A stretch of DNA of 64,000 nt. It comes from Phycisphaerae bacterium (GTDB lineage: Bacteria > Planctomycetota > Phycisphaerae > UBA1845 > Fen-1342). The translations under genes and the position numbers were made by a program. Shown one piece after another: positions 8,431 to 16,982 of this stretch. Below the pieces are notes generated by a model, which worked only from the letters and a program-made list of their open reading frames with translations, did no database searches and was not told the origin of the DNA. Numbering within the stretch: position 1 is the first letter of the stretch; every line of letters begins with the position of its first letter. The stretch spans positions 32,001-96,000 of the forward strand of contig CAXXWX010000006.1 in NCBI GenBank assembly GCA_963675745.2, given 5' to 3'.

Positions 8431-9011
8431 GACGGGGTCCCCGATGGAGCAACCGTCGCGTCTGTCAGCAGATACAGCCGCAGGACCAGTGAAATACTGG
8501 GCGTTTGCGATTCATCATCGCCTTGACGGACGAGTGAATACTCGCGGATCGAGTGGTAAGGCTGCCGCCTGGCCAGTACATCCAGGAAACTGATCAGCGT
8601 GCGCATGTCGCCCCGTGCTTCGATGTGTACATCGGTGGCCAGATATTCATCCACCACCTCCGCGGGCCTCGGCAGCACGCTTTTGATTTCCAGCCCCACG
8701 GCGGCCGCGTGCTCGAGGACGGCGCCGAGGATGGTATTCAGATTGGCGGCGGATGGGGCGTTGCTCAGCTCCACGGCGACAACTTCACGCAGGCGGCGTG
8801 TCTCGTCGCTCAGCATCGTCAGACGCGCCGAAGTAATGTCCACGTGCGCCTGGGTGGTGGTGACGGCGTCGGCCACAGCGCGCATTTCACGCGCCTGACT
8901 CTGCTGGGGATGAACCAGCCCGACATACGTGGCGACGGCCATCACGCCGATAATCACGCAGGCCCACACATCCACGTCGTGAAATCGACGCGCGCGATGC
9001 CTGTTGCTCAT
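8427..9011 (-). CDS. pilO: PilO-like protein
   Basis: TM plus coiled coil plus ferredoxin-like domain (IEARGD...LISFLD); overlaps its neighbours by 4 bp. Confidence 0.75.
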   Translation of the reverse strand: MSNRHRARRFHDVDVWACVIIGVMAVATYVGLVHPQQSQAREMRAVADAVTTTQAHVDITSARLTMLSDETRRLREVVAVELSNAPSAANLNTILGAVLEHAAAVGLEIKSVLPRPAEVVDEYLATDVHIEARGDMRTLISFLDVLARRQPYHSIREYSLVRQGDDESQTPSISLVLRLYLLTDATVAPSGTPS

Positions 9012-9586
9012 GGCGCCACCTCCTCCAGTGGATCACACTGAAGTTGAAACGCGACGGCCACACCCGCGCGATACGGCTCACGTGTGGCACGCACGAGATT
9101 GACTTGCCGCCATTCGGATGTGTCTTGCATCGCGCGCATCATGCTGTCGAGTTCATGGTGATCCAGAGCGTGGCCGGTAACCGTTGCCGAGCGCGGCTGG
9201 GTACCGTCCGTGCCGCGTGCCATGGACACCCCGCGAACCTGGTCGAGGACGACACCCTCGGGCGTCAACTGCGCCAAGGTCAACAGACGCTGTGGCACCG
9301 GGTGCGTGCGGCGCAGACCTATCAAGGCGCCGGCCGCGGTGACGATTTCGTCATGGTCCGCCTGCGCGCTGCTGAGCTGCGCCGCCCTGTCCGCCTGGGT
9401 CTGCTGCGCCTCGGATAGTCGTGTCATCAATTGCCGCGCGGTGTGCAGCGTGTGCAGATAGTGTATCCCGGCGCAGGCCATCAGCGCACACATGCCAAGC
9501 CCCACACCCAGCCACATCTTCATGTGTGTTCGGCGGGACTGGGCGTCGAGGCAGTCAATCGGAATGAGGTTAACCACGTCCATCAC
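9008..9586 (-). CDS. pilN: PilN-like protein
   Basis: N-terminal VNLIP PilM-binding motif, TM, coiled coil, P.GV.L and TGHA motifs. Confidence 0.8.
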   Translation of the reverse strand: MMDVVNLIPIDCLDAQSRRTHMKMWLGVGLGMCALMACAGIHYLHTLHTARQLMTRLSEAQQTQADRAAQLSSAQADHDEIVTAAGALIGLRRTHPVPQRLLTLAQLTPEGVVLDQVRGVSMARGTDGTQPRSATVTGHALDHHELDSMMRAMQDTSEWRQVNLVRATREPYRAGVAVAFQLQCDPLEEVAP

Positions 9587-10689
9587 CGCGCCTCCAGATC
9601 CTGAATAGCGCCACCAAGGGCGGCGACGGCCTCAGTACCGATTGTGCGACCGCATACACCGGCCTCGACGGCAATGGGCGTGGTGTTGATGTCAAGCTCG
9701 CGTTGCATGTGTTCGCACAGCCCCGACAGATTCGCGCCCCCGCCGGCTAGAAACACGGCACCGACGCTGCACTCCGGATAGCTCTCCAGCACGTACGTGA
9801 GGCACAGCCGCGTGTCACGGACCAGGTGCTCGCTGGGTTCACGCAACGCCTTGTATACCGCCGTGGAGACATCCTCCGCGTTTTCCACCGCCATCGCACC
9901 GGGGCCGTTCGGCGCGGCGACGGCGGCGGCCAGTTCGCTGCCGCGCTTGAGCTGCTCGGCCTGGTCGTATGGCATATCGAATGCCTCGGCGATACGACGC
10001 GTACAGTGGTGTGCCCCGGTAGCCAGCGTACGGATGTACACCGGCACCTCGCCGACCAGAACAGTGATCACGGCGCGCCGCCAGCCAACGTCGACAACCG
10101 CCCAGACGTCACTCGCTTCGGGGTGATACTGTCGCATGGCGGCTTGCGCCAACGCCCGCGGTGTTACGTTGATGCGCTGCAAGAGAAACCCACGCTCGGC
10201 AAACTCGCCCACCCACCGCCGGGCGGCGGATGTCGGCAGGGCCACCGCCATGACGTTGAGTCCCTCGCGATGGCGCGGCGGCAGGGGCCAGTAGCGCACC
10301 TCCATATCGTTCGCCTCGGTACGCGTCTCGCGCGCGATTTCCCAGGCGAGAGCCTCCTCGATCTTCGCGGGGGCATAACTGAGGATCTTGGCCGGCAGCC
10401 GCACGGCATGGAAAGTCACCTCGGGCGGCGACAGCACCAGCGTGGCGCGCCGCCCGGCGAACCGGCCCTGAGTTGCCAGACGCGTCAGGCGATCCACATT
10501 CAGCTCGAGCTTGTGCGACTCGTCCGTTGACGGGTCGGGACGCAGTTCGATATTGAGTGCGTCATGCACCGCGAATCCGCCGCGGCGGCGCTTGACCTGG
10601 CAGGCGCGTATACTCGCCGCGCCCACGTCAAAGGCGATCGCCGATGTTCCTGATAGTGACCACGCGCACATGGCAGTTGATCTCCGCAA
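9583..10689 (-). CDS. pilM: PilM actin-like assembly protein
   Basis: IAFDVGAASIR, VVDVG and FLAGGGA actin-fold motifs. Confidence 0.85.
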   Translation of the reverse strand: MRRSTAMCAWSLSGTSAIAFDVGAASIRACQVKRRRGGFAVHDALNIELRPDPSTDESHKLELNVDRLTRLATQGRFAGRRATLVLSPPEVTFHAVRLPAKILSYAPAKIEEALAWEIARETRTEANDMEVRYWPLPPRHREGLNVMAVALPTSAARRWVGEFAERGFLLQRINVTPRALAQAAMRQYHPEASDVWAVVDVGWRRAVITVLVGEVPVYIRTLATGAHHCTRRIAEAFDMPYDQAEQLKRGSELAAAVAAPNGPGAMAVENAEDVSTAVYKALREPSEHLVRDTRLCLTYVLESYPECSVGAVFLAGGGANLSGLCEHMQRELDINTTPIAVEAGVCGRTIGTEAVAALGGAIQDLEAR

Positions 10690-10703
10690 CTGGCGCTCAG
10701 CGC

Positions 10704-11921
10704 TTAACCGGCCCCGGCCGCGATATCGAACAGCGGCAGAAACAGTGACATTGCCACCAGACCGACCACCACACCCATCACCGCCAGCATCAGCGGTTCA
10801 ACCAGGCGTGTGATGCCGGCGACCAATTGGGTGTTCTCGTCGTCGACCCACTGCGATACGAAATCGACCGCCTCGGAAAGCCGCCCGTTTTCTTCCCCCG
10901 TTGTGATCGCGGAAGCAATGATCGGGTCCACGTATTCAGAGTCAGCCAGCACGGCGCCGATCGATCCACCGGATGAGATGGACTCACGCACCTTGTCAAG
11001 CAGGCTTACAAAAACCTGGTTCGAGGCGGCGCCGCGCGACTGTTCAATCGCGTCCAGCAGCGGGACATTTGAGCGCAGCAGGGCCGCCCAGACCCGCAGC
11101 ACCTGGCCGGCCTGGAGGCGGCTCAGCAGGTGGCCGACCAGTGGCAGGCTTAGCAGCAATGGATCAAGGTGTTGACGGATCGCGGGTCGGCGCAGCGTAA
11201 CAATGATGATCACGAGGGCCAATGCGAACAGTATCACCAGCACCAACCAATACGCCCGCAGGAGATCTGAGGCGGCGAACATGACCTCGGTACTGAAGGG
11301 CAGCGCGGTCTGCAAACTCTCAAACAACATGCGAAAGCGGGGCACGACAAACCCGATCATGAGTCCGATCACGCCGATACACATCGTGCACAACACGACC
11401 GGGTAAAGCAGCGCGCCAATCACCGCCTTGCGCGTCTGGCGTTGCCGGTATGTAAGAGTCGATAACCTGTCAAAAGACTGCGGCAGAGTCGCCGTCGCCT
11501 CACCGGCGGCGATCATGCTGCAAAACACCGGGGAGAACACATCGGGGTGGTCACGCATCACTTCGGTGAGCGTCCCGCCGCCTTCAACGTGGTCGTGGAT
11601 ACTGCGGATCAGCGAGCGGAAAGCCGGCCTCTGAATCGGTTTGCTGACGGCATCGAGGGCCGGTACCAGGGCGGTGCCGGACTCGAGCAGCATCTTCATC
11701 TGCCGGGCGAACAGCAGTATGTCCTGTGTTCGCGGTCCGCGTTTGAGGCCGAGCGCGGGTGCATCGCCCCCCGCATCCCCTTTGCCGGCCTGTTCCAGAC
11801 GCATCACGAGCAAGCCGCGTTGGCGCAGCTCGTCCGCCGCGTCCTGCTGGCTGTCAGCATTGATCGCGTCGGTGACCAGTCCGCCACCATGGCTCATCGC
11901 TTCGTACTTGAACTGCGCCAT
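10704..11921 (-). CDS. pilC: PilC/GspF platform protein
   Basis: F.YEA...G start, AGEATATL, LLYP, TGEENGRL and LVEP motifs. Confidence 0.92.
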   Translation of the reverse strand: MAQFKYEAMSHGGGLVTDAINADSQQDAADELRQRGLLVMRLEQAGKGDAGGDAPALGLKRGPRTQDILLFARQMKMLLESGTALVPALDAVSKPIQRPAFRSLIRSIHDHVEGGGTLTEVMRDHPDVFSPVFCSMIAAGEATATLPQSFDRLSTLTYRQRQTRKAVIGALLYPVVLCTMCIGVIGLMIGFVVPRFRMLFESLQTALPFSTEVMFAASDLLRAYWLVLVILFALALVIIIVTLRRPAIRQHLDPLLLSLPLVGHLLSRLQAGQVLRVWAALLRSNVPLLDAIEQSRGAASNQVFVSLLDKVRESISSGGSIGAVLADSEYVDPIIASAITTGEENGRLSEAVDFVSQWVDDENTQLVAGITRLVEPLMLAVMGVVVGLVAMSLFLPLFDIAAGAG

Positions 11922-11933
11922 CGTTCCTCTGCG

Positions 11934-13688
11934 CTATGCAATTGCCGGGATCGGTTGCTGCACCTCGGCCCGTGTGCGGTTTTCAGCTTCGGCGTGCGTC
12001 ACGCGCAGCACTTCCTCCAACGTTGAGCGGCCGTCGATGACCAACTGCAAGCCTTCCTCGCGCAGCGGCCGCCAGCCGTGCCGGCGAACGACCTGGATCA
12101 GCCCGGACTCATCTGTCAGCGAATGGATCGCGGTGCGTACCTCGTCACTGACTTCGATGATTTCGAAAATTCCCAGGCGGCCGCGATATCCGCTGTCGTG
12201 GCAGTGTTTGCAACCCTCACCCTTGTAGCACACGCGATCGGGCTCATCCGCCCAGCCGGCGTCGCGCAATACCGCCTCGGACGGGTAGTACGACGTGCGA
12301 CATTGCGGGCAGATCGTGCGGGCCAGGCGTTGCGCAACAACCCCATTGAAGGCCGAGGCCAACAGGTAGCTCTCGATACCCATATCCGACAGGCGCACAA
12401 ACGCCCCGGGCGCGTTGTTGGTGTGCAGCGTCGACATCACCAGGTGACCGGTCAGCGCGGCCTGGATCGCAACGCGCGCGGTGGGCTCATCGCGTATTTC
12501 GCCGACCATCACCACATCGGGATCCTGTCGCAGAATCGAGCGCAAGGCGCGCGCGAAGGTCATCCCGATCGTGTCGTTGACCTGGATCTGGTTGATCAGA
12601 TCGAGCTGATACTCCACCGGGTCCTCGATGGTCACTATGTTCTTCTCGGGGGTGGCGAGTAGATCAAGAACCGAGTAGAGCGTGGTGGTCTTGCCGCTGC
12701 CGGTGGGACCGGTGACCAGCACAATGCCGTGCGGCTTCTGGATGATGCGCCGGAACGATTCGAACTGGTCAGCGCTCATCCCCAACATATCAAGCGAGAC
12801 CCGCAGCGCCGACTTATCGAGGATTCGCAAGACGATCTTCTCACCAACCAGCGTCGGCATCGAGGAAACGCGCAGATCGACGTCGCGCCCCTCGGCGACC
12901 ACGTGAACACGCCCTTCCTGGGGCAGACGCCGCTCGGCAATGTCCATCTTGCCAATGACCTTAATGCGCGAGATCACGGCGGCGTGCATCCCGGGCGGCG
13001 CGCTCATCAGCTCGCGCAGGCGCCCATCAATACGATAGCGAATGCGCGTGGATGACTTGGTCGGCTCAACGTGAATGTCACTGGCCCCGTCGCGAATCGC
13101 CGTCAGCACGGCGAGGTTGACCAGGTTGACCACCGGGCTGCCCTCGACCATGCGAGTCAGCTCGTGGGCCGGCTGTTCGTCAACCGTCTCGTTCTCGATG
13201 ACTTCGACGTTGGCCTCGGTCAGCGAGACGAGAAACGAGTCTATATCGACCTGCTCTCCGAGGTACTTCTCCTGGAACTCCTCGATGTTGCTCGGCAGGC
13301 TGAGCACCGAATTGATCTCACAGCCGGTAAGCCGCGTGAGCTGATCAATCGCGCGCAGCGACTGCGGTTCGGTCATGGCGACCGTCAGCCGATTGCCGAC
13401 CTTGAAGAGCGGCAGCGCCTTGAGGCGGGCGGCTTCCTCGTAGCTGAGCAGCCGGGCGACCTCGGGGTCGATCAGACCATGCCGCAGATAACAGGCGCGC
13501 ACGTGCAGGTGGTTGGCCAGCGCGCCCAACAGGGCCGTCGGGGAGAGCAGCTTCAGTTCGACGAGCGTCTCGCCCAGGCGCTTGTTATCACTGCCCTGGT
13601 GCTTGAGGGCGCGCTGCAGGTCGGCCTCGTCGATCAGGCCTTGTTCGATCAGCGTATTGCCAAGTTTGTTGCCGCGTTTCAGGCTCAT
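11934..13688 (-). CDS. pilB: PilB/GspE assembly ATPase with N-terminal MshEN c-di-GMP-binding domain
   Basis: GPTGSGKTT, TIEDPVE, LRQDPDVVMVGEIRD, GHLVMSTLH, CPQC..CKHC. N-terminus KLGNTLIEQGLIDEADLQRALKHQ-x5-RLGETLVELKLL. Start placed at ATG 13688. Confidence 0.93.
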   Translation of the reverse strand: MSLKRGNKLGNTLIEQGLIDEADLQRALKHQGSDNKRLGETLVELKLLSPTALLGALANHLHVRACYLRHGLIDPEVARLLSYEEAARLKALPLFKVGNRLTVAMTEPQSLRAIDQLTRLTGCEINSVLSLPSNIEEFQEKYLGEQVDIDSFLVSLTEANVEVIENETVDEQPAHELTRMVEGSPVVNLVNLAVLTAIRDGASDIHVEPTKSSTRIRYRIDGRLRELMSAPPGMHAAVISRIKVIGKMDIAERRLPQEGRVHVVAEGRDVDLRVSSMPTLVGEKIVLRILDKSALRVSLDMLGMSADQFESFRRIIQKPHGIVLVTGPTGSGKTTTLYSVLDLLATPEKNIVTIEDPVEYQLDLINQIQVNDTIGMTFARALRSILRQDPDVVMVGEIRDEPTARVAIQAALTGHLVMSTLHTNNAPGAFVRLSDMGIESYLLASAFNGVVAQRLARTICPQCRTSYYPSEAVLRDAGWADEPDRVCYKGEGCKHCHDSGYRGRLGIFEIIEVSDEVRTAIHSLTDESGLIQVVRRHGWRPLREEGLQLVIDGRSTLEEVLRVTHAEAENRTRAEVQQPIPAIA

Positions 13689-13692
13689 CAAT

Positions 13693-14028
13693 CTACTGCT
13701 TGTAGCTGCGGATCGCGTTGTCGACCGTATCGAACACATCCAGATGCGTGAGCACGTCGGTGAGAGCAAGTGCCTCGCGACAGGTTTCATCAAGCTGGGC
13801 CAGGCGCGGGCGGTTAAACGCATCAACCGTGCCGCAGATATCCAGCAGCGTCTCAATGCCGCCACTGTCAACAAAGGGCACCTGAGTCATGTCGAGCACG
13901 ACGCGCCCTTCCTTGGCGGACACTGTTTCGTCAACGGTCGCCCGAAAGTCGCCCAGCTCGTCGCGCGTCAGCGGCCCGTGCGGCACCACCACGGCGACCG
14001 TGCCATGCGACTGAACGTCGATCTTCAT
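13693..14028 (-). CDS. STAS-domain protein (anti-sigma-factor antagonist type)
   Basis: VVLDMTQVPFVDSGGI with the phosphorylatable Ser. Confidence 0.88.
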   Translation of the reverse strand: MKIDVQSHGTVAVVVPHGPLTRDELGDFRATVDETVSAKEGRVVLDMTQVPFVDSGGIETLLDICGTVDAFNRPRLAQLDETCREALALTDVLTHLDVFDTVDNAIRSYKQ

Positions 14029-15299
14029 CAGTCCGCTCCCGCCACAAGTTGGTCTTCGGTGGGCGCTGCGATTCGCTCACCGCGACGGCGCGCCGACTCT
14101 ATCGCGTCAAAGGCCTCCACCAGCAGCATGTCAAACGGCTTCGCGCCGGCGATGCCGGCGACCAGGCCGAGGCGCACTTGCACGTTTCCAGTACCCTCGC
14201 CGGCGCCGGCGATGGCCTGCTCGACACCCCTCAGCAGTTTCTGGGCGATGATCACGCCGAGCCCGCGATCAAGTCGACGCAGCACCATCACGAACCGATC
14301 GTCGGAGAAGCGCCCCACAATGTCATCGCTGCGAACGCGCTTCGACAGTTCACGGCCCGTGTGCTCAACCAGGGCGTCACGCGACGGCCAGAACCCGTGA
14401 TCATCAAGTCCGCGCAGACCTTCCAGGGCCAGCACCGCGACAACAACGGGCTCCTCATCTCCCTCTGGATCAGCCATGATCGTGGCGGCCTGTTCAAAGA
14501 AATCTTCGCGTGTCAATACTCCCGACGCCTTGTCGGTCACGCGGGCACGATCAAGCTCGGTGTCACGCTGTACGTTCAGCCAGAACACACTGATGATCGA
14601 CAATACCGTTTCACACAGATGGCGCTCATGGGCGCTCTTCTGCGGCAGGGCCGCGATCGTGATCAGGCCGACCGTCGTGTTGCGCGCGCGAACCGGCCAG
14701 ACAACCTGCCACTGCCGGTCCGGCTCTGTCGGCGCGTCCGTGTGTAAGATCGGCCTCCCGGTGCGTGCGACCATGCCGAGCACATCATCGTGCAGCTCGG
14801 CACAACACTCGCCGCCGTCGTCCGTATCAGAACGCCCGCTGTCCAATGCCGACAACGGGCAAAAGACGCCGTCGCGATTGCCCGGCCGCAGACAACGCGC
14901 TTTCGTGGCCTGCACGTAGTTGTCCAGCGTTTCCCTGACGAACTGGTCAAACGCCGGCCAGACATGCTGATCACTCGGCGCTTCGGCGTGCCACTTGGAG
15001 AAGTCCGCCACCAGACGCCGCGCAAGCGCGTTCTCGTCGATGGTGGCGTCATCGGCCGGATCACTGAGCGGCAGGGGTGCCGGCAACACCGAGCGCGACT
15101 CGCCTGAGAGCCGTGCGTTGGCGATTGCGAAGACGCCCGCGCCGAGTATTGCGTATCCCGCCACGGCGCCGCCGGTCAATATCAGCAGGTCAAAGGACGG
15201 CCACCATGTCGGCAGACTGAGTACGTGATAGGATGCCAGGATCAGCACGCCGCCGCCGATCAACCACAGTCCCGTGCCGGCTCTGCGCGAGCTTCTCAT
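14028..15299 (-). CDS. Membrane protein with GAF-like and degenerate GGDEF domain (I-site intact)
   Basis: Two N-terminal TMs; TDKASGVLTR; RSDD-IVGRF-SDDRF in place of RxxD-x5-GGDEF. Confidence 0.8.
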   Translation of the reverse strand: MRSSRRAGTGLWLIGGGVLILASYHVLSLPTWWPSFDLLILTGGAVAGYAILGAGVFAIANARLSGESRSVLPAPLPLSDPADDATIDENALARRLVADFSKWHAEAPSDQHVWPAFDQFVRETLDNYVQATKARCLRPGNRDGVFCPLSALDSGRSDTDDGGECCAELHDDVLGMVARTGRPILHTDAPTEPDRQWQVVWPVRARNTTVGLITIAALPQKSAHERHLCETVLSIISVFWLNVQRDTELDRARVTDKASGVLTREDFFEQAATIMADPEGDEEPVVVAVLALEGLRGLDDHGFWPSRDALVEHTGRELSKRVRSDDIVGRFSDDRFVMVLRRLDRGLGVIIAQKLLRGVEQAIAGAGEGTGNVQVRLGLVAGIAGAKPFDMLLVEAFDAIESARRRGERIAAPTEDQLVAGAD

Positions 15300-16555
15300 G
15301 GTTCGCCCCCTTCCGTTGACGGGAACATCTCCGCATACATGTCGGGATGTTCGGCGCGGAATCGCGCGAATGTCGCCATGAAGGCGTCCACAATGAGCGG
15401 ATCGAGCGTGTTACCGGCGAGCTCCTTTACGATTTCCAGCGACCGTTCGACGGAGAATGCCTGCCGGTACGAACGTGTCGAGCTGAGCGCATCGAACACG
15501 TCGACCACGTGGATGATGCTGGCGAACTGCGTGATCTCTGAACGTGACAGCCCATCGGGATAGCCGGAGCCATCCGGGTTCTCGTGATGATGCAGAACGC
15601 CGTCGAGGATCGGCTGCAGGCTCTCGATCGGTTTGAGAATCTCGTATCCCATGCGCGGGTGCTTCTTGATCTCATCGTATTCTTCGGTCGAGAGTTTCCC
15701 GGGCTTGTTGAGCACGTCCTCGCGGACGCCAATCTTCCCAATGTCGTGGAGCAGGCCCGACCACTCGATCTGGTCGAGCTGCTCGGCGGGCAGGCCGAGA
15801 TGCACGCCGGTCAGACGTGACATGAACCCGACACGTTCGGAGTGGCCGGAAGTGTAGTGGTCCTTCTTGTCGATCGCCGAGACCAATGCGCGTGTGGCCT
15901 CGATAGACATGCGCCGCAACTGCGTGTGCAATTGACTGTTGTTGATAAGGTTGCCGCCAAACGTCAGCAGCGCTTCCGCCATTTGCAGATCGCCGGAAAC
16001 AAACTCGGGCGCATCGGGTGGTCGCGTGGCCAGCACCAGGTCGTACGGCTCGGTCAGCCGCGGCAGCGGACAGATCAGGCAGTGGCCGTCCGGCATCTGG
16101 CGCACCGTGATCTTCTGGTGCTGAAAGGCATCGTGCATGACCGCTTGCCAGCCGTCACTGTATGTCTCGTGCCAGGTACCATCGACCACCCTGCCAGCTT
16201 GCACATCGTGGCGTCGCAGCGCGCCGTCGTGACTGACCGTGTCAAGCGTGCTCACCCTAAGCAGCTTGGCGATGCGGCGGAGGAGCAACCGCTCGAGTTC
16301 TTCCGGCCGTGTGACTCCTGCGATCTCCTTCGTGAAGTCGAACAAGAGGCTCAGTTGCTCGTAATTCTTGAGCACTTCCTCGGCCAATTGAACATTCTCA
16401 CTCAGGGCACCTTGCAGTTCGGCTGCGGTTGTCGCCGCGGCATTCAGCGCGCCAAACACCGCCGGAGGGCCCGGTGCTTGGCTCTCTGATACCGCCTCAT
16501 TCGCCGGCTGGGAGCACGGAATTGGTTCGAATGGGTCCATATGCATTGTCCTCAA
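15296..16555 (-). CDS. HD-GYP cyclic-dinucleotide phosphodiesterase with GAF-like N-terminus
   Basis: YTSGHSERV, LHDIGKIG, HPRMG, HHHENPDGSGYP, DVFDAL and RSYR motifs. Confidence 0.92.
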   Translation of the reverse strand: MRTMHMDPFEPIPCSQPANEAVSESQAPGPPAVFGALNAAATTAAELQGALSENVQLAEEVLKNYEQLSLLFDFTKEIAGVTRPEELERLLLRRIAKLLRVSTLDTVSHDGALRRHDVQAGRVVDGTWHETYSDGWQAVMHDAFQHQKITVRQMPDGHCLICPLPRLTEPYDLVLATRPPDAPEFVSGDLQMAEALLTFGGNLINNSQLHTQLRRMSIEATRALVSAIDKKDHYTSGHSERVGFMSRLTGVHLGLPAEQLDQIEWSGLLHDIGKIGVREDVLNKPGKLSTEEYDEIKKHPRMGYEILKPIESLQPILDGVLHHHENPDGSGYPDGLSRSEITQFASIIHVVDVFDALSSTRSYRQAFSVERSLEIVKELAGNTLDPLIVDAFMATFARFRAEHPDMYAEMFPSTEGGEP

Positions 16556-16586
16556 AACAACTGCAAACAGCGGGCGCAGGCACCAC

Positions 16587-16973
16587 CTACGGCAGCGCCT
16601 GCTCCGTCGAATCCGCTTCCATCTGGCTGATCAGATCCGCCAGGTTGGTCGGACTGAACGGCTTGGGTATCACGTGTACACCGCGAGTAGCGAGCGTCTC
16701 GCCGATTTCCCGGTGGTCCCAACGATTGGTCAGCACGACGATGCCGCGCGGTTGCACGGGATCATTACGTAGCGCTTCGAGCAGCTCGATCCCGTCCATC
16801 ACCGGCATGTTGACATCGGTAACCAGGATGTCGGGTATGTGCGTCCGGATGAGCTCCAGGGCCAGTTGCCCGTTCCACGCTTCGAAAACCGTATGTCCCT
16901 GGCGCGTGAGCCACAGCGAAATCACGCGCAGGATATGAGCGTCATCCTCGGCAATCACAATTCGGCAGGCCAT
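16587..16973 (-). CDS. Stand-alone response regulator receiver
   Basis: IAEDD, VTDVNMP and PKPF motifs. Confidence 0.9.
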   Translation of the reverse strand: MACRIVIAEDDAHILRVISLWLTRQGHTVFEAWNGQLALELIRTHIPDILVTDVNMPVMDGIELLEALRNDPVQPRGIVVLTNRWDHREIGETLATRGVHVIPKPFSPTNLADLISQMEADSTEQALP

Positions 16974-16982
16974 GCCAGTCTC

